Below are positions 30,443 to 44,701 of a stretch of 64,000 bases of DNA, piece by piece (position 1 is the first letter of the stretch; the number at the start of each line of letters is the position of its first letter). The stretch comes from Eledone cirrhosa. Its lineage: Eukaryota. Both the position numbers and the translations under genes were made by a program. The notes under the pieces are model-generated. The model did no database searches. It was not told the DNA's origin and was given only the letters and a program-made list of their open reading frames with translations. The stretch is from positions 89,590,001 to 89,654,000 of the forward strand of contig OZ024746.1 in the NCBI GenBank assembly GCA_964016885.1. Direction: 5' to 3'.

Positions 30443-30548
30443 ATAATTGTTTCTACTTTTGGCACAAGGCCAGCAAATTATCCAGTACATTACTGGTACT
30501 TTATTTCATCGACCTCGTAAGGATGAAAGGCAAAGTGAACCTCGGCGA
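30443..30548 (-). mobile_element. SINE family S1 fragment
   Basis: ATAATTGTTTCTACTTTTGGCACAAGGCCAGCAA...GGATGAAAGGCAAAGTGAACCTCGGCG. Confidence 0.75.
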
Positions 30549-30829
30549 CATAAATAATATAATATAATATATGTATATTTCACCTATCCATTATTAGTAT
30601 ATTTAATTATTTATCTACACTCCGTTTCTTTCCACTGTGTCAATCGATACATGTTGTAAGCATTGAATATTTGCCATCTACTTAAATTCCCATTATTACT
30701 GGTCTTGTTTTATAGAAGATTTCTTTCCTAACCTGAACATAATTTCCGCCTCCAAATGTTATCGTCAAAATTGGTACTTCGAATGTTTCTACTCAATACA
30801 TTCCATGCATGTGATTGGTGTTATATACG

Positions 30830-30892
<63 letters not shown>

Positions 30893-30927
30893 GATATATA
30901 CATGTGTGTGTGTGTCTTTTATATACA

Positions 30928-30965
<38 letters not shown>

Positions 30966-30976
30966 TATAAATATAT

Positions 30977-31069
<93 letters not shown>

Positions 31070-31120
31070 TATATACATACATAAATACATACATATGTGT
31101 GTTTGTCTTTTATATATACT

Positions 31121-31154
<34 letters not shown>

Positions 31155-33755
31155 CGCATATATATATATATATATATATACATATTATTTATTTATTCAT
31201 AAACGAGTGCGTGTAGGTGTGTGTGTATGTGTGTGTTTGTCGGTCCGTGGTATATGTGTTTGTGTGCTTATGTGTTTGTTTTGTGAAAGAGTGAGAATCG
31301 GATAGATGATAAATAAACGTGTCTCAATATTGCTATATTATTTATGACTCACTTAATAAATTATCTATTCGATACATAAAGATATAATTACCCTGAGACA
31401 CATTAATGTTTTCTTACTACAATTATTAAATATTATAATTTGCGAAAATAGCATGAAGTAGTTCTACGCAATACTAATATTTTCTGTTGAATTATTTGCA
31501 CTTTCCAATGAAGCAGTATCGTTTTCACCTCGAATACTATATATTCAACAGAGCTGTTTATATAATATGAATGTAAGTAGTTCCATGAAAGCATTGTTTA
31601 CAGGAACTTCAAGCGAAATTACTGATTTTTTTTAGAACATATAATTGAACTTAATATAAATATGCAATATATGATATGTATACGTGTCTGTTAGTGTGTG
31701 TGTGTGTGTGTATATATATATATGTGTATGCGTGTCTGTGTGTGTGTATATGCGAGCCACACACGCATACATATTTATATACATACATACTTATATATAC
31801 ATATATGTGTGTGTATGTTTTCTTCGTGTGGTGTTGCGTGTGCATGTATGGATATTAATACCACACCTCAATAGAATATATAATAGATACGATGCGTGAA
31901 TAAATATTACAAGTGCAATATGAGGTAGCCTTTAATCTTGAATTCCTTTCATTTTGAAGCAGACTAATTTTATTAATGAGAAACAATAAATAATGTTTGC
32001 TAAAGAAGTATAATGTTAGGTTATAAAAACAAACAAAATATATGTATATATAGTTCAATTCTCACTTGAGATAACAAAACCAATAAAACGAATGAATAAT
32101 GGAATGTTGCAATAACAATATAAACAACAAGAAATACAACAGTAGCAACATGGACAATAATAGCCGAAACTGCTACAAAAATAAATAATACATAAAGAAA
32201 TAAATAACAAGAAATAAATAGCTATAATGGCTGGTTTAAATCTAGACGCAATCAAAGAGGATTTACGTTTGGCAGCGCCATAGCTTTCTATGCGCTCCAC
32301 TAAACTGCTTGCTTTTTTTATTGTTCTTATTGGGAATATGAGAAAAATACACATACCCTCGCACTCATATACAAACGAAAAGTAGTTGAAAGAAAACATA
32401 GTTGAACTGGAAATTAATTCAACTTTGCAATATTTCTTTAGTAGTGATCAACATTTTATTACACATTTATTCTGAATTTTACCGTTGGCAAGGGGACAGG
32501 TTTGGGTGTTAGAATCTCCGACTATAAAACATTGAAGTGATTTTACTTCTCATTTTATAATATTCAATATAACGTCCAGATAACATTACAAAATGTCCAT
32601 GAACATTACAGTTTTTGATCATTTGTTGTTTAGTTAATTTTCATTTTTTTCAATTTGATATTTTGCTTTCTTATTGAATTAATGACAAAGTTGTTAAGCA
32701 TTTTCTTTTTATGTATTCGTATTTTAACTTCGTTCGAAATTATCACATTAATTCAGATTTCATTTAAAAGCATTGCAAACGTACAATATATTCCATTTTT
32801 TTAAAACGAAAATTGAATGATTAATTTGTTGAAAAAGTTACAAAAAATTAAACAAACATTTTTTTTTCATATCATACAAATTTCGATTTTCAATGATGTG
32901 TCTAAGATTTCAATGTTTGGCTTCGGTAGAACAAGCAAGAAAAATAGAAGGCATAATAACATTGATAACAAAATAAAAACATTTAAAATGAAATAAAGTC
33001 AGAATTCGTTAGGATTGAAAAAAGCAAACTAACTAATATGCCATCTACGAGAATCAAACATTTCAAGTGCAAAAGCTTTTATATTCTAGAAATGGGGTTT
33101 ACGTAGATCTCTATGGCTGCTTCTCTGTAGTACAGGTATATATAAAAATAAACGTGTATACATAACACAAGTGGCTCAAACATATCGTGGCATATAATAT
33201 GTGTGCATATTTAGGCATATATAATATGTTTATGTACAATTAACATGAACAAATGTCTCGGTATAAACGCTGTATGCTGTGAACAAGCTATATCTAAATC
33301 AATAGTTTGTAAGAATGTTTTTTGCTTATGAAACATTGGATCTAAATGCATATATAGTGTGGAATTCCCAGGCCGATATAGCTGAGGGGGTGAAATGTGA
33401 TGTAGAGGAAGAACCTATGTTAGTACAGAACTGGATTATTTATCCACCTTGAAAGGATTAATAGCAACTTTGACATCAGCGTTAATGAACTCCAGGAGCT
33501 GAGAGCCAGAACATATACAGCAAATGATTCTATAAAATATTTTGATGAATTCCCTAATTCACAGTTTCACGACTTGCCGTTATGTTTGTGATCTATCATT
33601 ATAATATATTTTCTAATGTTCTGTACGTTAACAGATTCTGCACGGAACTTTGCCACAAATATTCGACATAGAGATATAACCTAATATTATCTTCATCCAT
33701 ATATTTATATATACATATATACATATATTATACATTTATTATTATTATTATTATT

Positions 33756-33806
<51 letters not shown>

Positions 33807-35360
33807 TAGGGAGAGAGAGAGTAATTTACATATTTGTGTGTATACATGTGTGTGTGTTTTTAATTTTATTACAGTAAGAAAATATATTTTCAAAGGTACT
33901 TTTAAAATTTAGATTCTCCTAATTGATATGCGGTCCAAAGTAAGATTTTCTCCATGGATTCTTAACTTCAAGGAAGAAAAGCTAAATCTCCCTGATAACA
34001 AACAATCCTGTAGGAAGAGGAACACCATTAATTACATTAATATAAATACAAAATACATGTAACAATTGATGGAGACAAAGCGGGCCGTCCTAATACATGC
34101 ACGTTTCCTGGCAATTTAAACCTAATTTGCACCAAGAATCCCCAGATAGAAACAAATACATTTCTTCCAGAGAAAGAGGGAAAACATAAGGAAAACAGCC
34201 TGGCCCGAATACTGGTCAAATACTATATTGTAGGTCTCCAATTGATTACTATAGCACAATTTGAACTCAGAGCGTTATGCTGGAAGAAATACATAGGCAT
34301 TACCAATTTGACGCCAAAATTACTCTGGCAATTCACCAACTTAATAGATAATATAGGCTTAGACAATCTGAAAGACAAATTCCGTTGCTGCAATATTTCG
34401 TATTTTATTAATATCATAGCTTTGCTAAATCACGTTTGAACCAAGGCTAAACATCAACAAAGATAAATAGTATACTATATAACTCGGCTTTGACTAAAAT
34501 AAGTACAAAAGTATAGATATTATCTCTGGTGGTTAGCATAGAGTATTCAAGATATTTGACACGGATTCGTTTCATAGCTGGGAAAAGAAATAATTTCAAA
34601 TAACTTCTCCTAATCAGATTATATTTTTAAAATATGCGATTAAAGGAATTAGGAAAGGTTTTTCATATTCATTCTCTATGAGAGGTGAGCTTCAATATTT
34701 CATATAATTGTTATCTACAACAGCTGAGCCAACACGCTCCAGATAGAAGAAAAGATTGAGACATAAATGTTTATAAGATGTAATATAATATTAGGAAACT
34801 TATATCAACTTAAAGAATAATGCAATAATATAATGTTCAACAATTTTACTATCAATATGCTTATCCATTTCTATACGATATTTAGGATTGCGTAATTTGA
34901 AATGGAATGTGATTCATCCCATAAAACAAAATATATCCGTCATTAATCTAAATATTATTGTATAATTGGTCGTATATGTTAAAATGCTAGCAATAAAATA
35001 TGCCAATATTAAATGGAACTTGTCCAACTTTCTAAGAAACGAATAGAATAACATGTTATCTGCAAGCTAAATACCATTTATTGATCAGGAGAAAGAGGCA
35101 GAAACAATAGAGTGAAAAGACAAACCATTTACAGACTACTTTCTCCTGTTTTACTTCAAATTAGCCGCAAAAACTTGTAGAGAGAGATGCTCATATTAAA
35201 GAAATTGTATACATTCACACGTACATATATAATGTATATCTATCCATCTATCTATCTATCTATCTAACTATCTATCTATCTATCTATCTATCTAACTATA
35301 TATCCATCTTTCTATCTATCTAACTATCTATCTATCTATTTATCTATCTATCTCTCTCTC

Positions 35361-35438
<78 letters not shown>

Positions 35439-35497
35439 CAAGGATCTGATACCATCAACACTATAAACACACAGCTGGCATATCTAAGAACTGACTA

Positions 35498-35553
35498 ACT
35501 GCCTGATGAGGTCATAGCCATTCAATGGCTATCATCGAAATATATATTGCAGT
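35498..35553 (+). ncRNA. Minimal type-I hammerhead ribozyme in a ~165-bp island between TA runs
   Basis: ACTGC-CTGATGA-GGTC ATAGCCATT C AATGGCTAT CATC-GAAA-TATATA-TT-GCAGT, followed by AATAAA at 35555-35560. Confidence 0.85.
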
Positions 35554-35741
35554 AAATAAAGGATTATGACTTCATGCACTTGACTTATGTTTCGTCACTA
35601 TATATATATATATATATAAATATATATGATATATATATATAATGTGTACATATATAATATATAATATATTATATATTATATATATATAATATATATAAAA
35701 TATATATAATAAAATATATATGATATATATAATAAAATCAA

Positions 35742-36191
35742 AAACCGGAGGTTATTTCCGTTGCTGGAATTAACACGTGATAGCTATAGATACGATACGC
35801 TGCATCTAGCGGCAGCATTTAGCCTATTACTCCGTCCTGGTTAGAACGAAAACCTGTTGAAAAACTGAATCCTCTGTTCGATCATGAATACGACGAGCTT
35901 GCCAGTCACGTAAGTCTGATATTTGATTTCGGATTCAAAGAAACACCTTAAACGTATAATCGTTTGATTTGTCCAGGTGTATTTTTCTCAACCTGTTAGT
36001 TCTATCGTTACTTTGGTATATTATTGTGTGTTAGATTTTGCCTACCACAATATTCGATTTGTTAGGCTATTTAAACGTATGTTATTACTCTAAGGACCTA
36101 CCTTATCGAGTGCTTTGCTATCTCATCATTTCATATAAGGAGCCCGAATTTTCTTGCAAGCCGCCTGAGATTCGATTTTACTAAATTTCCA

Positions 36192-36197
<6 letters not shown>
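35742..36197 (+). mobile_element. Family B element (diverged subfamily)
   Basis: Same conserved blocks as 29745-30236. Its 3' ~95 nt match the arm of the palindrome at ~54006-54185. Confidence 0.65.
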
Positions 36198-36288
<91 letters not shown>

Positions 36289-36462
36289 TATATGTAATAC
36301 ATATAATATAATATATATAATATGTATATACTATATATATAATTTATATAATATCTCTATATATAATATGTATATAATATATATATATATATAATACTCT
36401 TTTACTATTCTCATCTCTTCATGGCTGAGGCCATGCTGTAATATATATAATATATATATATA

Positions 36463-36493
<31 letters not shown>

Positions 36494-36999
36494 AATACTT
36501 AGGTTAATAGGAGTTAGGTATTGTATACCCGTGTCCCATTAAAGTATTGGCAGCATAATAATTAGCTCTATGCTTTGGAGCAGAGCCGTATATATGATAA
36601 AGAACACAAGAGCGTCTACAACATCAAAAGATTTTTAAGGAACAAGTCATGAAGACAAACTGACCCAAGTTTGATAAATATATCTTAAAAAATAAAACTA
36701 CTGTGTTATCTCTTCCTAGACAGTAATCTTGCGAACCCTGTATATCACTATATGTGATAAATTACTTGTTCCAATTTGAAAATTTGTTTAGTCTACATAT
36801 AATCTCTTGAGTAGTTAGATTTGTTTTAATTTGATTGAAAGAGTTAAAGTTAGCGATTCTAGACTGATTGTATAACACTTACAAAAACACCTGTTAGTGT
36901 TAGGTAATAAATGATTATATCAGTTTTCTGCAATGTGGTGTTTTAAATATTGTGTGTATATTTCCCTCTCTCTATCTCTCAATCTATTTATTTACATAC

Positions 37000-37080
<81 letters not shown>

Positions 37081-37269
37081 TACCATAAATGCGGTTTTGT
37101 CTTCGCGTGTAATTGTTTTCATGCACCAAATAATGACGTATTATCTTCGTTTTTTTCCCGTTCTTTGCCAGGGAACGTTACCACGAACCTAAGTATCGTC
37201 TTCCTATCTTCCTTCGGTTGCAACGTTTTTTGAAACATTTACTTCTGCGTTCACAGATTGACTTTTTTT

Positions 37270-37320
37270 AGTTTCAGAAGATCCCGTTAAGGGTGAAAGC
37301 AGCGATTATTTGCTTAAACT
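37270..37320 (+). ncRNA. Hammerhead ribozyme relic (one core substitution)
   Basis: AGTTT-CAGAAGA-TCCC GTTAA GGGT-GAAA-GCA GCGATTATT TGC-TT-AAACT. All three stems pair, the core is CAGAAGA instead of CTGAAGA, and AATAAA follows at ~37336. Confidence 0.6.
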
Positions 37321-37429
37321 GTAATCTGTTATTTTAATAAATATTTACTATACGGTTCTTATATATTTGATATATATTTATCCTTATCTCGACACCCCTT
37401 TGGATTTTAGTCTTCATATTTATTATTAT

Positions 37430-37472
<43 letters not shown>

Positions 37473-37474
<2 letters not shown>

Positions 37475-37783
37475 GTTGTCCCCCGGAATTCGAGAGGGGT
37501 ACTTTTCTAGAGCGACCGAGAAGAGAGAAAAACCACGAATATTGGTCGTTTTCCATAAAAATGCCTATACACGTCAAAATATAACGTAAAATATGTGCGA
37601 AGGCACATCCAATAGAGCGGAAAATGTGTAATATTTTTATTAATAATTTAGCGTTAAAAATATATATTGCCACGAGAAAGACCATTTAAAATTCGCGGAA
37701 GATATTTACGATTTCGAGAATATGCGATGTTTTCCACGAACAATTATTAGTTAGGTTCTAAGGAAAATTCCGCGAATACCGGG

Positions 37784-37790
<7 letters not shown>
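37473..37790 (-). mobile_element. Helentron/DINE-1-like non-autonomous element
   Basis: Subterminal inverted sequences GTCCCCCGGAATTCG ... CGAATACCGGGAGTAC, with a TAGT next to a TA run. Homologous to 2886-3190. Confidence 0.55.
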
Positions 37791-37854
<64 letters not shown>

Positions 37855-37855
37855 G

Positions 37856-37912
<57 letters not shown>

Positions 37913-38672
37913 TTATATATGTATGTGTGTATACGTGTTTATGTGTGTGCATGTGTTAGCATTGATATATAATAATACACACTTACATTTCAAGAAGAAG
38001 CGTAAATACAGCCTAGTCCGTGTTTTATTGAGGAATAATCCCTTTGTTTGTACAATGGATATACTTACTCATTTTAATATAGTATGAATGGCTTAACATT
38101 GCATTAACACTGTTCAAGACAAAAGACATCCTCAGAGAAAATAAACATAGTACAGTGTTTAATATAGCTGTCCGTTTAAATTACCGTTGCATTTCTCGAA
38201 TCGAATGGCCTCGAGGCTTTTACATTGTATACACATTTTCTCACAAGTCTTTATGCTAATACTTGGCTTTATTAAAGTTGCTGCAAAGTTGGATCAATCC
38301 GCAGACTCAATGACTTATTAAACACCAATAAAGCATTTGTGTATATATTCACATGAATATGTACAGGTTCCACTATATGTAAATGTTTGTATGTTATATA
38401 TATATATATATATATGTAGGAGGTGAGTTTTATTGTAGCACAATAAAGCAATGCAAATATCGAATAAGTAACGCTCAACAGTTTATTGGACTGGAGTATA
38501 TATAAGAATAAATTAAAAGATGGTTAGAAAAGTTCCATGTATTTTATTATGCGCATTTCAAAAACAAATATCTTCTAGGGACGTATTTGCGTTCTCATCA
38601 GATAAAATAGGGAGACATAATATGAAGCTTAAAAAAAGACACTTGTGAGCAAGGTAGTGTCTAAACAACATA

Positions 38673-38776
<104 letters not shown>

Positions 38777-41700
38777 TATATTTACCAAGACGATAGGAAA
38801 AAATAGAAAAACTATTTTCAAAAGTCTGGATACATCAGTTTTTATAATTTAATTTAGTTATCTTTTATATTAATGATCAACAGGCTTTCACGTCTAATCT
38901 TTTATAAACACACACACAAACACGCGCACGCACGCATACACACACGCGCATATCATGCACCCCAATACAATTGATCCGCCTCTGCAATCCTAATCATTTG
39001 ATCACCGTAGTTACCCTATTTCAAGTATTCCTGTATCATACCACAATTAAAATATATTCTATTAACAATCAATGGAAATATCGGTCAATGAGCGCCCGTC
39101 AATCAACAATGCTACAGTAATACTACCACAAGTCAATTTTTCGTGGCACTCATGAAGATTCTTGCACTTATAATCTATGTTAATCAGACAAATGGATTTG
39201 CTGCGTAAACACACTGCGTCCAATATAATAACACCCTTAGCAAATAACCTATATGGAAATCTGAGGAAATTATCGACATTTCTATCACATATTACTCACT
39301 ACATATCATATAAAATATATATCACATATCAATAATGTTAGCCGCAATTGGGATAATGAAGGCACACAAAGGAAATAGAAAATATAATATTCTGTATCAA
39401 ATCCAAACGAGTTATAAAATTCTCTATCTTTTGAGTTGTTGGACAATTTGCTTCGTTTAATACAATACTTCGAAATGTTGTATTAATAAAAAGATATTCT
39501 GTATAAGACTAATTGTAAGAGAAAGATGTACACAATGAATGTGTGCATTAATGAATCATATGGGAAAATATAGATGGTTATAACCTATATAGAAACTATT
39601 TTTGTTTAAAAGATGTTCAGGCTATTGTGATGTCATACGAACTATATATTGGCATGCTTATTATTGCGTCACTTCAAATTTCAGTTATATTTGTTTTGAT
39701 TCATAGGGGATGTAAGTATGTAACCCAAGCAGAAGTTATATGTGGTTGAATTGTCTTATTGATGAGTTGATAGAGAAGTATGATATTCATTTAGAGTTAA
39801 GCGAAGATATATACAAATGTATCGGCAGTATTTCTACAAAGTAACACTATTCCGATAATAATTCCAAATGATTTTATATCAAAACTTGTAAGAAATAAAT
39901 GAAATGTATATGTTATTTTTTTTTTCTAAGAATTTTTGTTTTAAATGTAGACGTATATATTTTGGCAAACGTATGTCCATTACATGATGTATTCATGTAT
40001 TCCTAATCGGTATTAAAATAAGTTTTCCACGGCGTATTAAAGCATATAGGTGGTTGGGGGTGCTTTCATACCCATGCTTTGATGTAGCGTGGAAAGAAAA
40101 GACCAAATAAATCTAAAGCAAATAAAAACCTGGGTAGACATATGGTTATCTCGTGTTTGCAAAGCGAACTAGTCGTATTGCATATATCAATATACCAGTG
40201 TTACATAGTTTGGTAGCATTTGCATGATACTTTGTCATGCTATCGTTGACAAAAAAAATATAAGCACAAAATAAAATCCAGAACAGGTGTAGTGGCCCCG
40301 AATATCGAACCGCAGACCCAACATCCGTACCATACGATGCTCCGAATGAATGCATGTTTAAAAAAATGTTGCCTACGATCTTAAATATTCTGAGCCCAGG
40401 GAATGATGCAAATGTACCGATATCGGCTTCATGAAATGGCCAAATTCCAAAGAATGTTCAATCACTCCTATCCACAAAAGCATATCTAGAAAGGAATCGA
40501 TATACAACTTTAACTGACAGGATCTCTTTGGGTAATGCTATATTGGAAATTGCCTCATGGAAACAAACATTATACACGTTAGCTAACGCCATCTTGCGCA
40601 ACATGGACATATTCTTACGTAACTACTTAGAATAGCAGAGGCAATATACAAAATGTTGAGTGCTGCTTCAGGGGCCACCAGCCTATTGCTCCTAACATTG
40701 TTGGGAGTATATATGTTCATAATTTTCCAAGAAGGATTAATGTTTCGAAAGAAATGACTAAATATTCTGACAACAACTTTTTGGGGTGGTGGTGGTGGGT
40801 TAGATTTGCATGGCTGCAGCTGTCGCAACATGACTATTCATTACTTGTCTGAATGAAAGAAAAAATCGCTTCAGTTATTCACTAGTGTTCATGTACTTGA
40901 GGTGACTCTGGATTTGAGTTTGTTTTGTATCAAAACTGCAGTAAAAAAGAAAATTCTTTACGTTAACAAGGCACACATATCAGTTTATAGTGTTTAATAT
41001 ATTTACGTTATGGTTTCTCATCTCTCCCCGAATAAGTAAAACCAGATTGAATCAGATCCCTATGAAATTAAGGTTTTAACGCTAATTGATATATGAGAAA
41101 TTTATTTAGACAACATATCACTCACCCACATAAATAAAAAAAGAAAAACATGGTAATGGCTTATGGAATCCACACCCATTTAAGTTAATGAAAAATCAGT
41201 TTGATATTACTGAAAATACATTAAAATGCTAGCCGTCAAATATTAAACTAGAAATGATAGGAAGCTTCATTAATCCAGTGCGATGGATATTGCATGTGTG
41301 TGTTACATCCGTTTTATGTTGTGTCCTGACACATTATGCAAGAAAGCTGTTCTTCTGAATTAAACATACAATGCCGATCTCACTAAGAAAATTTACGTTA
41401 CACCGAGATTTTTGCAGAGGACTCGGGAAGAAATGCAATGCAGTGGATACGAAAGTAGAAACATACAATTGCCATGCAAACTTATAAGCATCCACATTTG
41501 CTGACTCTACTTATATAAATAAACGATTAGTTAATTTACGTTTACATATGTATACCGACGTCAACTAAACTTTCTTACAGAAAAGTATATTGTATTTTGC
41601 GTGTAGGGATATATACTTTATTATTATTAATCCCCCCCTGGTCGAGATAACATTTGGTCGTTTTGACTGATGCTATTTATAGTGGTAGTAGATTGACCTC

Positions 41701-41838
41701 TCCGCCTCTGCCTTCTATATTTGCACACGGCACGGACAGAATTGCTTCCACATCATTCATTCTCATCTCGGGAACAATTTTGAATAGCGCCAGTTCGTAA
41801 TTCGAACTCGGGAATTTTATATTCTCCGAGTGAAAAGA

Positions 41839-41924
41839 ACCTTCTGACGAGAGTTTTTCTTTTCAATGGAGGCCCGTATGGACTATCCATTTATTTTTGA
41901 GACTCGAAACCGTACGGTATAGGT
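41839..41924 (+). ncRNA. Type-I hammerhead ribozyme
   Basis: ACCTT-CTGACGA-GAGT...AATGGA...TCCATT...ACTC-GAAA-CCGTACGG-TA-TAGGT. Stem III is palindromic, the triplet is GUA, and there is a U-U mismatch at the first stem I pair. Confidence 0.8.
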
Positions 41925-42012
41925 AACCATAGCAGGTACAGTGAATTTTTTAAAATTTATTTTAAAACTTTTTCTTATTTGCTAAACCTTGATTATATAT
42001 ATATATATATAC

Positions 42013-42124
<112 letters not shown>

Positions 42125-42134
42125 GTATATATAT

Positions 42135-43275
42135 ACGTGGAGAAGTATATAAAGGAGAAGAAACGGTTAAAACATGTTTATTTAAAACACCACCTACTTA
42201 CGTTTCGCCAGAAAGGGCTTTTCAAGGGCTTAAAAAAAATAAAGAGTGTTCCTTACGTGACCCAGAAGGGGTTTTAAAAATAAGTTCACATAACAGTTCA
42301 CTCTTCGTAAAAAACATTTATTGATTTTGTAGTAGATCAAGGGAGATAACTCTAGCCGTTGTTAGAGCAGGGTTCCCCACGCTATTTGTTACCCGTTAGT
42401 GTTTTGTGTTTACCTCTTTAACATTGTCTATTCACGCAGGGTCAGGGATGCAAGGTTGGTTTCCAGATGTTTGTTTGCAGCGCCTGTCGGCCAGGGTCGA
42501 TTCACGTAGGGTCTGGGATGCATGGTTAGTTTCCAGATGTTTTTTGCAGCGCCTGCCCCCAGGGTGTTAAGGTTTGGTGCAGGGTACCCGGTTTACGGTT
42601 TTCACGCTTCATTCTTATACCATCTGGAGTAAGAGACTTTTAAGCGGTGAGTGCAACTTATCACTGTTTCTGCTCTGCTGTTGATGAGCAAATTCCCCTG
42701 ACAGGGGACGCTGCTCCCTTAGGGGAAATCGTCTGACTGATAAGGTTATTTATAGGTGCACCGAAACTAGCCATAATAACGTTAAGCATTATATAGGGGC
42801 TACCTCCGGCCCGTTGAAAAATAGATTTCGAACACATCTCCACTCTTTTGCAAACAAGAAATTAAGACACTCCACTTCGCTCGCGAATTACATCACAGCA
42901 TTAAAAGACTCAAACATCAGCTTCTCCAGGCACTGGGAAATTGTCGGCAGGGCAGCAGCGTACAATTTCAAAAGGAAATGCGAACTTTGCCTCATGGAGC
43001 TTTACCATATCACAACGGCACCCCAGGAGCTCATTAACAGCAGAGCAGAAACAGTGATAAGCTGCACTCACCGCTGAAAAATCTTTTACCCCAGATGCAA
43101 TAAGAATGAGGCGTGAAAACCGTAAACCGGGTCACTCTGCACCAAACCTTAACACCCAGGCGGGCAGGCGCTGCAAAAAAACATTAGGAAACTAACCATG
43201 CATCCCATACCCGGCGTGAATCGACTCCGACGGGCATGTAACCCATGTGAAACCACGCAGCAGTCCATTTTTCTT
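42135..43275 (+). mobile_element. Truncated Penelope-like element: GIY-YIG C-terminus with inverted pLTR-like segment
   Basis: HYIGATSGPLKNRFRTHLHSF...WEIVGRAAAY..KCELCLME at ~42788-43077. ~43105-43225 is inverted at ~42495-42612. A decayed HHR (GAAACGTAAGTA) plus AATAAA lies on the minus strand at ~42177-42230. Confidence 0.75.
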
Positions 43276-43361
43276 ATATATACATATATATATATATATT
43301 TATATATATATATATATATATATTTGTATATATATATATACTTGTATATATATATATATAT

Positions 43362-44160
43362 ATAAAAGACGTAAAATAAGAAAATGTTAAAAAAATTAAA
43401 AAAATTAACTTACTTACTAAAATTTTCTCTCCAACTAATTAGTTTCTGCAATGGGATAAAGACAGTTACGTAATAAACTGTCGAGAATTCATTGCGTCAT
43501 CATTATATTATTGTTCTGCATCCTCCTGCATTGAACCACCTAGGTACTATGACATAATCTGTGTATTTGCTAGCATTAGCGTACATCTGTACGCATATGT
43601 TAGTAGATATATTAAATTCTCTATATTTATCTCCAAATTACTTATTTGTTGAGCAAACCTGCCAAAACCACTACTAATTTATTGGTGTGCTAGTAGGCTT
43701 CTGTCATCTTACCATCCCACTCCTACCGACTAGCCTCAGTGTCACGTGATTGATTCTTTAGAATCTGCCATTTGACCAGAGACAGCGTGCTTTTCAGTGC
43801 ATGGAATCCAGTCCCCGCTAGCTGTTCCATCTACCGAATTATTATTATTTTTATATGAGTCCCAAGTGTCCGCGCATTGCCTGGAGACTTAGCTGAGAAT
43901 AGACTCCCTGATGACGCAATGAATTCTCGACAGTTTATTACGTAACTGTCTTTATCCCATTGCAGAAACTAATTAGTTGGAGTGAACATTTTAGTAAGTA
44001 AGTTAATTTTTTTTATTTTTTTTAAATTTTCTTATTTTACGTCTTTTATATTATTGTTCTGCATCCTCCTGCATTGAACCACCTAGGTACTATGACATAA
44101 CCTGTGTATTTGCTAGCATTAGCGTACATCTGTACGCATATGTTAGTAGATATACTAAAT

Positions 44161-44165
<5 letters not shown>
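43362..44165 (+). mobile_element. Retrozyme-like non-coding element (543-nt unit, ~120-nt direct repeat, 5' inverted arm)
   Basis: 43503-43622 is repeated directly at 44046-44165. 43362-43501 is the reverse complement of ~43910-44049. The element contains an intact HHR, has no ORF, and is flanked by (TA)n and (TC)n(TA)n. Confidence 0.8.
43903..43983 (+). ncRNA. Type-I hammerhead ribozyme
   Basis: ACTCC-CTGATGA-C GCAATG..GACAGTT..AACTGTC..CATTGC A-GAAA-CTAATTAG-TT-GGAGT, with a GUU triplet and palindromic stem III. Confidence 0.88.
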
Positions 44166-44212
<47 letters not shown>

Positions 44213-44612
44213 AAGGGTAAGTAGAAAGTCTCATAACGATCACACAACTATAAGACAATATAACTAATGTCCTAACACGAACAATGTTCTCGTCGCCATC
44301 AAATTATAATTTATTTCCCATTCCAACGGATAAATGTATTTTATGCTTATCTCTAATGTCGTGACTTGTTTTAACCAATATTTATGAGAGACTTGCACAA
44401 ATTTATTGCTCCTTCATGAAATTGCATATTGCACATATACTTTCTTGTTATGCTAAACTAAAAATAAATTATAACATTTGTCATTCTGTCGAAATCTAGT
44501 CTGCAACACAAGTAAGGATGTATGTAAACACGAACTCTCACGCACACTGACACACGCACACACTGAGACACGCATACTGACACATACACACACACACACA
44601 CATACACACACA

Positions 44613-44701
<89 letters not shown>

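Noticed and set aside
33960-34440. Slightly GC-richer segment with short ORFs, possibly an old TE
   Set aside because: No recognisable motif in any frame.
40140-40850. Possible minus-strand exon (acceptor TTCTTTCATTCAG at ~40850) and short ORFs
   Set aside because: Early stops occur in all frames after the acceptor and there is no domain similarity.
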